A stretch of DNA of 20,339 nucleotides from Oscillospiraceae bacterium. GTDB taxonomy: Bacteria > Bacillota > Clostridia > Oscillospirales > Oscillospiraceae. Where the stretch lies: assembly GCA_017861365.1 (NCBI GenBank), contig JAGFXR010000020.1:1-20339 (forward strand), written 5' to 3'. Made by a program: the position numbers and the translations under genes. The notes under the pieces were generated by a model. It saw nothing but the letters and a program-made list of their open reading frames with translations, was not told the DNA's origin and searched no databases. Position 1 is the first letter of the stretch. Each line of letters opens with the position of its first letter. This document shows, one piece after another, positions 7,282-14,779 of the stretch.

Positions 7282-9435
7282 TTACACAAGTCCAAGCATC
7301 CGGACTGTATTTGCCACAAGGATGCATATGGCCATGCCGGTGATGGTTGGAATTGCAAAAGAGACAAGCGTCCATTTGAGGCTTTGTGTTTCGTTGCGAA
7401 TGGTCAGGCAGGTGGTCCCGCAGGGCCAGTGCATCAGCGAGAACAGCATGGTGCATACTGCCGTCAGCCAGGTCCAGCCGTGGTTGACAAATAACATATG
7501 AAGCTCAGACATACTTTCCAGGTCGGTTAGTTTTCCGGTTGCCATGTAGCTCATGATGATAATGGGGACCACCGTTTCATTGGCCGGAAACCCCAAGATA
7601 AATGCCATCAGGATATATCCGTCTAAACCAAGCAGTTTGGCAAACGGGTCAAGAAAGCCGGCACAGTGGGCAAGAATACTGAAATCTCCCACATGAATAT
7701 TGGCAAGGATCCAGATGACAATACCTGCCGGCGCCGCGACCATAACCGCCCGGCCGAGCACAAAAATCGTTCTGTCCAGGATGGAGCGCACGATGACCTT
7801 ACCTACCTGAGGACGGCGGTATGGCGGGAGCTCCAGATGAAAGGAAGAAGGCATACCTTTCAGAATCGTTTTGGAGAGAAGACTGGAAATGAAAAGTGTC
7901 ATGGCAACGCCAAGCACGATTGTGCCGGTCAGCATCAGGGTAGAAACAACAGATTGAAACGCGCCTCCCACAGTTCCGGCAAAAAACATGGTAATAATGG
8001 CAATCAGCGTCGGGAACCTTCCGTTGCAGGGTACAAAGTTGTTTGTCAGAATTGCAATCAGGCGTTCGCGGGGCGAGTCAATGATACGGCATCCGATGAC
8101 GCCGCAGGCGTTGCACCCGAACCCCATGCACATGGTAAGAGCCTGCTTTCCATGTGCGTGAGCCTTACGGAAAAAGTTATCCAGATTAAACGCGACACGC
8201 GGCAGATAGCCCAGATCCTCCAATAATGTAAACAGCGGAAAAAAGATTGCCATAGGCGGCAGCATCACAGAGATCACCCATGCCAGTGTCCGGAATACGC
8301 CGTCCACCACGATTGCGCGCAGCCAATCCGGCGCCGATAGCCACAGGAAGAACTGGGAGATTGGTTCTTCCAGAGAAAATAGCCCCGCGGCAAGAAGACT
8401 GGACGGGACGTTTGCACCCGTAATGGTGATCCAAAAGATCAAGAACAGCAGTGCGATCATGATTGGAATTCCGGTTAGTCTTGAGGTCAGGATTTGATCG
8501 ATTCTGTGGTCCCGCGCAACATATTCTTTTTTTTCAAATGTAACAACATCCCGGCTGATGACCTCACAGGTTTTCACAATTCTGGTGACGACCTGATCCC
8601 TGAACTGATCAGCCGGGATCCCCGCTTCCTCCAGTAAGTACCTTGCTTGCGCAATCACTTGCGAGATTTCTGTGTTTTGTGTTGGGTCAAAGCCAAGATA
8701 GTGTTCCAAGGAACCCAGCAGGCTGTCGTCCCCGTCGAGCAGCTTCAGTGCGGCCCACCGGGTGTTGATGCGCCCCTGCAAAACGTCTGTGATTTCAGAC
8801 TCTACCAGGGCAATGGCGGCTTCGATCTCCTCACCGTACTCCACGCGCAGCGGATTTAATGTTGCCGCGCTGCCTGTGAGGCCGCCGACCGTGTCCATCA
8901 GACGATCCAGGCCTTTTCCCGCTCTTGCGCTGGCGCCGACCACAGGAATGCCCAAAAGGGAAGCGAGGCGGGGCAGATCAATACGGATTTTTTTCTTTGC
9001 CGCTTCATCCATCAAATTGACGCACAGCACGACTCTGTCGGTAATTTCCATGGTTTGGAGCACCAGATTCAGATTCCGTTCCAGGCAGGTGGCATCCGCA
9101 ACCACCACCACGGCATCAGCCTCGCCAAAGCAGATAAAATCCCGGGCAATTTCTTCTTCGGTTGAGTTTGCCATCAGAGAATAGGTTCCCGGAATATCCA
9201 CCATGATAAAATTCGTATCTTGATGCCGATACGTTCCCTGCGCGTTTACAACGGTTTTTCCCGGCCAGTTGCCCGTATGCTGATTGAGTCCTGTGAGACC
9301 GTTGAATACCGTGCTTTTCCCAACGTTCGGATTTCCGGCCAAGGCCACAATTTTATCTTGCTCTGTTTCCTTTTCAATATGTAGGCCGCAGTGACTTAAA
9401 ACACCCGCTCCCGTCGATGTATTGGTTAGGCCCAT
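7282..9435 (-). CDS. feoB: Ferrous iron transport protein B (FeoB)
   Basis: The ATG at 9433-9435 is preceded by AGGAGGA with a 5-nt spacer. The G-domain (ALAGNPNVGKSTVFNGLTG, DIPGTYSL) is followed by a large polytopic membrane domain. The ORF-track start at 9480 is an upstream extension. Confidence 0.9.
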   Translation of the reverse strand: MGLTNTSTGAGVLSHCGLHIEKETEQDKIVALAGNPNVGKSTVFNGLTGLNQHTGNWPGKTVVNAQGTYRHQDTNFIMVDIPGTYSLMANSTEEEIARDFICFGEADAVVVVADATCLERNLNLVLQTMEITDRVVLCVNLMDEAAKKKIRIDLPRLASLLGIPVVGASARAGKGLDRLMDTVGGLTGSAATLNPLRVEYGEEIEAAIALVESEITDVLQGRINTRWAALKLLDGDDSLLGSLEHYLGFDPTQNTEISQVIAQARYLLEEAGIPADQFRDQVVTRIVKTCEVISRDVVTFEKKEYVARDHRIDQILTSRLTGIPIMIALLFLIFWITITGANVPSSLLAAGLFSLEEPISQFFLWLSAPDWLRAIVVDGVFRTLAWVISVMLPPMAIFFPLFTLLEDLGYLPRVAFNLDNFFRKAHAHGKQALTMCMGFGCNACGVIGCRIIDSPRERLIAILTNNFVPCNGRFPTLIAIITMFFAGTVGGAFQSVVSTLMLTGTIVLGVAMTLFISSLLSKTILKGMPSSFHLELPPYRRPQVGKVIVRSILDRTIFVLGRAVMVAAPAGIVIWILANIHVGDFSILAHCAGFLDPFAKLLGLDGYILMAFILGFPANETVVPIIIMSYMATGKLTDLESMSELHMLFVNHGWTWLTAVCTMLFSLMHWPCGTTCLTIRNETQSLKWTLVSFAIPTITGMAICILVANTVRMLGLV

Positions 9436-9462
9436 GTGAATCCTCCTGAAAAAATGAAAATA

Positions 9463-9530
9463 GCGGAGCAGAGAAAGCACTTGATGATTCGCCTGTTATG
9501 TAGGCCAAGCCAAGCTTTTTACTGCTCCGC
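9463..9530 (-). promoter_or_regulatory. Intercistronic inverted repeat plus T-tract between feoA and feoB
   Basis: A 9-bp perfect inverted repeat, GCGGAGCAG (9463-9471) and CTGCTCCGC (9522-9530), is separated by a 50-nt loop. On the minus strand it is followed by TATTTTCATTTTTTC, which leads straight into the feoB SD. Confidence 0.3.
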
Positions 9531-9537
9531 TTTTGAT

Positions 9538-9777
9538 TTATGGCGCAGATACGATGATTTGCTCCGATACGTCGGAACGCAGGGCGATGACGGCCCCTCT
9601 GATGAAATAAGCCACGGGATTTCCAGACGGGCTTTTGTAGAGCGCCTCAATTTCGGTTCCGTTGATGACTCCGAGGTCAAGCATCCGTCTTCTGGTATCG
9701 CCGTCAGATGTCAAGGCAGAAACGTTTGCTTTTTTGCCGATCGGAAGCTGATTAAGCGCAATTTGGTTATCAGTCAT
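9538..9777 (-). CDS. feoA: Ferrous iron transport protein A (FeoA)
   Basis: The protein reads MTDNQIALNQLPIGKKANVSAL...TRRRMLDLGVINGTEIEA...IRGAVIALRSDV, an SH3-like FeoA. The RBS is GGAGGA with a 7-nt spacer. Confidence 0.8.
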   Translation of the reverse strand: MTDNQIALNQLPIGKKANVSALTSDGDTRRRMLDLGVINGTEIEALYKSPSGNPVAYFIRGAVIALRSDVSEQIIVSAP

Positions 9778-10142
9778 GAAGAGATCCTCCAAAATAATAA
9801 GCGTAGGGCAACAAACTTTCCCTACACTAATATATGGGACTCAAACGGAACATGTTACGAATATACTGGGGGTTTTCTGAAAACGTAAATCTGCATCAAG
9901 GGACGAACACTGGAGAAACACGTAGAAAAAACTGAGGGACAGATTGAAGTGAAACAAGAAAAACAGGAAGAAGCTGAACATTCGATACAAGATTTCAGCG
10001 TACAGTAATTGAAATGAAAGGGAATTATCACCATAAAATAAAATCACCCTACATCTATCACCGCTGATTCGACAGGAAACGGTTTTTTTTAGTTATTTAC
10101 CTTATTTTTCTGCATTTCCTATTCCATTTAAGTTACTTTAAT

Positions 10143-10151
10143 GGTATACTT
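10143..10151 (+). promoter_or_regulatory. Candidate extended -10 promoter (TGgTATACT) for motAB
   Basis: The element is TGGTATACT, with a weak -35. It would give a 5-prime UTR of about 160 nt. Confidence 0.3.
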
Positions 10152-10316
10152 AGAGAAATTTAAGCGTTGCGATTACTGTTTTCTACATGGTAGCGGGTTC
10201 CTGGTAAAAAATTAGAAAACAATCAATAAAAGAAAAGAAATCCTGCCATTCTTTCTGGGTCGCTTCACGGCGGACAAGCAGAGAGAATGGTAAAACCTGC
10301 ACACGGAGGAGCAAAT

Positions 10317-11105
10317 ATGAATATTGCATATCTGATTGGTATCATTGTGGGATTTGGCGGCATTGTGTTTGGGTACCTGGAGGAAGAGGGCGTTTTATCG
10401 TCGCTGATCAAAATTTCTGCCGCGGCGATCGTGTTCGGCGGAACTTTCGGCATTATGTTTATGGGAAATCCAATGAGCCGGGTTAAGCAAATTCCAAAGG
10501 CGGTCAGGGTGGTGTTCACCTATAAGCCCAGGAACTATGGGGCTTTGGTCGATCAGCTTTTTGAAATTGCCAACATTGCCCGGCGTGATGGCTTGCTGGC
10601 GCTGGAAGCGGCCGCGGAAAAAAGCGAGGACGCGTTTATTCAAAAAGGTCTGAATTTTCTGGCTGATGGTGTCGAGCCGGATTTTTTGCGTGATGTTTTG
10701 TCAAGCGAAATCGACGCAAAGGACCGGGAGCTGGAAGGTGCGGCCGCTGTTTTTGAAGGCATGGGCGGAACCGCGCCCACCATGGGCGTTCTCGGTACCG
10801 TTATGGGCATGGTCAGTATTTTGCGCGATATGAGCGATATGGATACGCTGGGCGGAAAAATCGCGACCGCGTTTATCGCGACCATGTATGGCGTCGGCTC
10901 CGCGAACCTGCTGTGGCTGCCCATGGCCAGCCATATCAAATCCGTTATGGAAATGGAACGGGAATATTTTGAAGTCATTATTGATGGCTTACTTCTCATT
11001 CAAGACGGTGTGGCACCTTCCCGCCTGAGAGAGAGCCTTGAGGCCAGAATCGGTGGCGATAACGGCGGCAAGGGAAAGGATAAGGATGCTGTCGCGGAAA
11101 AATGA
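10317..11105 (+). CDS. motA: Flagellar-stator-type proton channel protein MotA (MotA/TolQ/ExbB family)
   Basis: The ATG at 10317 follows GGAGGAG with a 5-nt spacer. There are four TM helices and the conserved C-terminal channel region GTAPTMGVLGTVMGMVSIL...ATAFIATMYGVGSANLLWLP. Overall similarity to Bacillus MotA is clear. Confidence 0.85.
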   Translation: MNIAYLIGIIVGFGGIVFGYLEEEGVLSSLIKISAAAIVFGGTFGIMFMGNPMSRVKQIPKAVRVVFTYKPRNYGALVDQLFEIANIARRDGLLALEAAAEKSEDAFIQKGLNFLADGVEPDFLRDVLSSEIDAKDRELEGAAAVFEGMGGTAPTMGVLGTVMGMVSILRDMSDMDTLGGKIATAFIATMYGVGSANLLWLPMASHIKSVMEMEREYFEVIIDGLLLIQDGVAPSRLRESLEARIGGDNGGKGKDKDAVAEK

Positions 11106-11138
11106 GATTTTATCTCCTGAAAGGTGGTTGTACAGCGA

Positions 11139-12047
11139 ATGGCCAAGAAGCCTAAGGTGGAAAAGGATACAAGCGAACGGTGGTTGTTAACCTATTCCGA
11201 CCTCATGAACCTGCTGCTGATTTTGTTTATTATTCTCTATGCTTCGAGTAAGGCCGATGTGACCCAATTTCAGCAGGTGGCGGAATCCCTCAGAATCGGA
11301 TTCAGTTCGATATCAACATCGCAGGCCGCGATCGAAAGCAGCAGCAGCGGCGGTGGAAGCTCATCATCCGAAGACGGCTCGCTGGATTCCAGTGACTCGG
11401 TGCTGGATTCAGGCATGATCGGGGTGATCGACAACGCGATTTCCTCCACCGACACCGGTGAGTCTGATTCGGAGGGGTCAGGGACGCAGGACGTCCAGTA
11501 TCAGAACTTTTATGATGCGCTCATGACGCTTCTGGAAGAAAATCAACTGACCCAAAGTGTAACGGTTTCGCTGGAGGAAAAGGGAATTGCGATTTCATTT
11601 GCCGACAACGTCCTGTTTGCCAAAAGCAGCGCGGTGCTCAATGGCGATGCCAACACGATTATTGATAAGATTGGATATCTCTTGACGCAGCTGCCCTATT
11701 CTTATATTTTAGTGGAAGGGCACACCGATTCCGACAAAATACATACCCAGTATTATGAAGATAATATGGATTTGAGCACCAAACGCGCCGCTAATGTGTG
11801 GCGGAGGTTGGTTGCCTGCGGGCTGTCCCCGGAAAAAATGGCGTCGGTGGGTTATGGCGAATACAGGCCCGTAGCGCCTAACGATACCGTCGAGAATAAA
11901 GCGAAAAACAGGCGTGTGGTTATTACCATTCTGAAAAAAGAGCTGTCGACCAATGATAATGCCACCATAGATGATTCCGGAGCGGATACGCCGGCCGCGG
12001 AGATTGCTGCGGGAGCGAATGGAACTGCCGCTGAGGAGACCGGCTGA
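11139..12047 (+). CDS. motB: MotB (OmpA-like peptidoglycan-binding stator subunit)
   Basis: The sequence ERWLLTYSDLMNLLLILFIILYA is the TM helix carrying the conserved Asp, followed by a plug-like FQQVAESL. The C-terminal OmpA domain reads ILVEGHTDSDK...STKRAANVWRRLVACG...NRRVVITIL. There is a roughly 60-aa Ser/Asp/Gly-rich linker. The ATG at 11139 is taken as the start, with a GTG at 11124 as an alternative. Confidence 0.8.
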   Translation: MAKKPKVEKDTSERWLLTYSDLMNLLLILFIILYASSKADVTQFQQVAESLRIGFSSISTSQAAIESSSSGGGSSSSEDGSLDSSDSVLDSGMIGVIDNAISSTDTGESDSEGSGTQDVQYQNFYDALMTLLEENQLTQSVTVSLEEKGIAISFADNVLFAKSSAVLNGDANTIIDKIGYLLTQLPYSYILVEGHTDSDKIHTQYYEDNMDLSTKRAANVWRRLVACGLSPEKMASVGYGEYRPVAPNDTVENKAKNRRVVITILKKELSTNDNATIDDSGADTPAAEIAAGANGTAAEETG

Positions 12048-12115
12048 TTCGGACAAAACCTCAATCCTGAGTAAGCCATGTGCCATACGGCTTGAACCGT
12101 TGCTTTGATCAAATC

Positions 12116-12158
12116 AAAAAACGCCTGGGAAAGAGCTGCTTTTCCCAGGCGTTTTTTT
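12116..12158. terminator. Bidirectional rho-independent terminator
   Basis: AAAAAACGCCTGGGAAAgagctgcTTTTCCCAGGCGTTTTTTT. An A-run precedes and a T-run follows the stem, so it can serve both motB on the plus strand and the small ORF on the minus strand. Confidence 0.7.
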
Positions 12159-12230
12159 GGAATGGCTTACCTGAATGAATGCGCCTGACAGGGTGGATGC
12201 TCCATCCTGTTAAGAACATAGTTTGATAGT

Positions 12231-12401
12231 TTACCGCATGACGTCGGTAATGCTGTCAATCATATTACCGACGGTACGCATAGCTTTTCCGGCTCCATGA
12301 CGGCCACCCCGGGAAGAGTGGGCGGGAGTCATTAACAGTCCAACGGCGGCGCCCGCAAGCACACCTGCGCCAATCCCGCGCCATACTCTGTATTGATTCA
12401 T
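12231..12401 (-). CDS. Small membrane protein (56 aa) with a YtxH/DUF948-like N-terminus. It is missing from the ORF track because it is under 60 aa.
   Basis: The protein is MNQYRVWRGIGAGVLAGAAVGLLMTPAHSSRGGRHGAGKAMRTVGNMIDSITDVMR. The RBS is AAAGGAGGA with a 6-nt spacer to the ATG. It has one Gly/Ala-rich TM helix, and the bidirectional terminator lies downstream. Confidence 0.5.
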   Translation of the reverse strand: MNQYRVWRGIGAGVLAGAAVGLLMTPAHSSRGGRHGAGKAMRTVGNMIDSITDVMR

Positions 12402-12462
12402 TAAAATTCCTCCTTTACTGTAAGTTGCAGTGGTAGTATGCCCAGAAAGACGGAAAAATACG

Positions 12463-12491
12463 TTGATAAAAGTAGTGTAATCCTTTATAAT
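12463..12491 (+). promoter_or_regulatory. Near-consensus sigma-A promoter of the pyr operon
   Basis: TTGATA (12463-12468), a 17-nt spacer, then TATAAT (12486-12491). Confidence 0.6.
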
Positions 12492-12555
12492 ATTTTTGTT
12501 GATTCATGAACTGCGTTGAACGATGAAATCAGGCAAAGATGCTGGAGGAACCTTT

Positions 12556-13827
12556 TTGAATATATTAATCAAAAATGCTGTGCTTGTCGATCCGGTTGAG
12601 GGAACGGAAAGGCAGGAGGATATTCTGATTCAAAACGAACGTATTGCGGCCATTGGGACGTGTTTACAGGCCGATGGGGCGCAAGTGATTGACGCCGCCG
12701 GCTGCTGTGCTGCACCGGGGCTTGTGGATATCCATGTGCATCTGCGCGAGCCCGGCTTTGAATACAAGGAAACTATTGCTTCCGGCTGTGCCGCGGCGGC
12801 GCGGGGCGGAGTTACCTCTGTGGCCTGCATGCCCAACACAAGGCCGGTCATTGACACGCCGGAGCTTGTCCGTATGGTGCGGGAAAAGGCGGCCTGCGGC
12901 ATTCATGTGTTTCCCATTGCCGCCGTGTCGGTGGGGCAGGGGGGAGAGACCCTGACCGATGCCTCCGCGCTGAAGGCGGCGGGTGCTCCGGCGCTGTCCG
13001 ACGACGGAGTGCCCGTCCAAAGCGCGCTGTTGGTGCGGCAGGCGCTGCTGGCGGCGGGGCAGCTTGGTATGCCTGTCCTGTCCCACTGCGAGGATGCTGG
13101 GTTGGTTGGGAATTATGCGGTGAACGAGGGAGAGATTTCGAGAAAGCTTGGCATTCCAGGGCGTCCTGCCGTCGCGGAGGAACTGATGGCGATGAGGGAC
13201 GCCATGCTGGCGGAGGAAACGGGAGCTTCGGTGCATATCTGCCATGTTTCAACCGCGAATACGGTGGAGATTGTGCGTCAGTTTAAGCGGCGCGGCGTTT
13301 CCATCACATGTGAAACCTGTCCGCAGTATTTTACCCTGACACAGGAGGCAATCCTGACTCACGGAGCCATGGCAAGGGTCAATCCGCCTCTGCGCACAGA
13401 GCGCGACCGTGCTGCTGTTTTAGAGGGACTCAGGGATGGAACCATTGACGCGATTGTGACCGATCACGCGCCTCACAGTGCGGAAGAAAAAGCCAGGCCC
13501 TTAACGGAAGCACCCAGCGGGATGGTGGGGCTGGAGACCTCGCTGGCGTTATCCTTGACAGCGCTGTATCACAAAGGGCATATGAGCCTTCCGGCGGTCA
13601 TTGCGGCCATGACGGTGAAGCCGGCCAAGATTCTGGGGCTTTCCAAGGGGACGCTTCAGGTGGGCGGCAGTGCCGATCTGGTGCTGTTTAATCCTGATGA
13701 GGAGTGGGTGATCGACCCCGCGCGCTTTGTATCCAAGGGACGTAATACGCCCTTCGGCGGTTTTAAGGTCAAGGGGAAAGTGAATGCTACCATTGCGGAC
13801 GGCGCAATGATTTACAGGGAGGGCTAA
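12556..13827 (+). CDS. pyrC: Dihydroorotase
   Basis: The motifs DIHVHLREPG and CMPNTRPV, metal-ligand His/Asp residues and DHAPH are present. The start is TTG at 12556 after GGAGGA with a 6-nt spacer. An alternative upstream ATG at 12523 lacks an SD. Confidence 0.9.
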   Translation: MNILIKNAVLVDPVEGTERQEDILIQNERIAAIGTCLQADGAQVIDAAGCCAAPGLVDIHVHLREPGFEYKETIASGCAAAARGGVTSVACMPNTRPVIDTPELVRMVREKAACGIHVFPIAAVSVGQGGETLTDASALKAAGAPALSDDGVPVQSALLVRQALLAAGQLGMPVLSHCEDAGLVGNYAVNEGEISRKLGIPGRPAVAEELMAMRDAMLAEETGASVHICHVSTANTVEIVRQFKRRGVSITCETCPQYFTLTQEAILTHGAMARVNPPLRTERDRAAVLEGLRDGTIDAIVTDHAPHSAEEKARPLTEAPSGMVGLETSLALSLTALYHKGHMSLPAVIAAMTVKPAKILGLSKGTLQVGGSADLVLFNPDEEWVIDPARFVSKGRNTPFGGFKVKGKVNATIADGAMIYREG

Positions 13828-13829
13828 CG

Positions 13830-14753
13830 TTGTCATTCGATATCTTGCAGGATCAGATCCGAAAACTGAAAAATCCCACGGTGGCGGGGCTGGACGCCCG
13901 GCTGGAATATGTTCCGCCCTATATCGTAAATCGATACATCAACCAGTACGGCGAGACCTTTCAGGCGGCGGCCGAAGCGATTTTTGAATTTAATCGCGGA
14001 CTCATGGACGCGCTCTGCGATATTGTCCCCGCAGTCAAACCCCAGTCGGCCTACTATGAGCTGTTGGGCTGGAGAGGGATGGAGATGCTGGAGCGCACCA
14101 TCGCCTATGCTCATAAGAAAGGGCTTTACGTCATTGCCGACATTAAGCGCGGCGATATCGGCACCACAGCCACCGCATACAGCGAGGCGTGGCTGGGAAA
14201 GACCAAAATCGGCGGATCGGAGCTTGCGGCCTTTGACGCGGACTGCGTAACCGTGAACGGCTATATGGGCTCGGACAGCATCAAGCCCTTTCTGGAGCAC
14301 TGTGTATCAGAGAAAAAGAGCATGTTTGTCTTGGTTAAAACCTCCAACCGGTCGGCTATGGAGCTGCAGGATTTGGTGGCCGGAGATCGTCAGGTGTATC
14401 ATGTCATGGGTGACCTGGCGCAGCGGTTAGGGCGTGAAACCGAGGGCAGGCACGGATTCAACGCCATCGGCGCGGTGGTGGGCGCCACCTTTCCCTCTGA
14501 TCTGCGCGCCCTGCGGGAGCGCTTGGAGCATACCTTTTTTTTGGTGCCCGGTTATGGGGCTCAGGGAGGTACCGCGGAGGATGTGCAATATGCCTTTAAC
14601 CGTTACGGCCATGGAGCTATCATTAATTCCTCACGGGGAATTATGTGCGCATGGCAGAAAACAGGGCAGGACGGCATGGACTACCAGGAGGCGGCGCGCA
14701 ACGCCGCGATTGCGATGCGGGACGATATCAAGCAGTATATTACGATTGTCTGA
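13830..14753 (+). CDS. pyrF: Orotidine-5-prime-phosphate decarboxylase, long type-2 form
   Basis: The start is TTG, with a GGGAGGG RBS. The product is 307 aa with ADIKRGDIGTTA, the type-2 OMPdecase signature. Confidence 0.85.
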   Translation: MSFDILQDQIRKLKNPTVAGLDARLEYVPPYIVNRYINQYGETFQAAAEAIFEFNRGLMDALCDIVPAVKPQSAYYELLGWRGMEMLERTIAYAHKKGLYVIADIKRGDIGTTATAYSEAWLGKTKIGGSELAAFDADCVTVNGYMGSDSIKPFLEHCVSEKKSMFVLVKTSNRSAMELQDLVAGDRQVYHVMGDLAQRLGRETEGRHGFNAIGAVVGATFPSDLRALRERLEHTFFLVPGYGAQGGTAEDVQYAFNRYGHGAIINSSRGIMCAWQKTGQDGMDYQEAARNAAIAMRDDIKQYITIV

Positions 14754-14779
14754 GAAAACCCTTATGAAGGAGCAATATC

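Noticed and set aside
7666-8226. A 186-aa plus-strand ORF inside feoB
   Set aside because: It is antisense to the conserved FeoB membrane domain. The product is basic and low-complexity, and there is no start context.
9841-10047. A 68-aa Phe/Leu-rich ORF in the AT-rich feoA-motA spacer
   Set aside because: The protein is low-complexity and the ORF starts at a GTG with no ribosome-binding site. It is created by the pyrimidine-rich skew of this strand, so it is more likely part of the feoA leader or regulatory DNA.
10158-10316. A c-di-GMP or other riboswitch in the motA leader
   Set aside because: Inspection found no recognisable conserved riboswitch core motifs, such as the GEMM-I GGCAAACC/GGGACGCAAAGC elements. 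There is only A-rich sequence with possible weak pairing. A covariance-model scan would be needed.
10317-12047. The motAB pair as a Zorya (ZorAB) anti-phage system
   Set aside because: ZorA proteins carry a very long C-terminal coiled-coil tail and are accompanied by zorC and zorD, or by zorE. This MotA is a standard 262-aa protein and the neighbours are feoAB and a small membrane protein, so there is no support for Zorya.
12492-12555. A PyrR attenuator in the pyr leader
   Set aside because: The leader is only about 60 nt. It lacks the conserved PyrR-binding stem-loop sequence and has no terminator hairpin or T-tract before pyrC.
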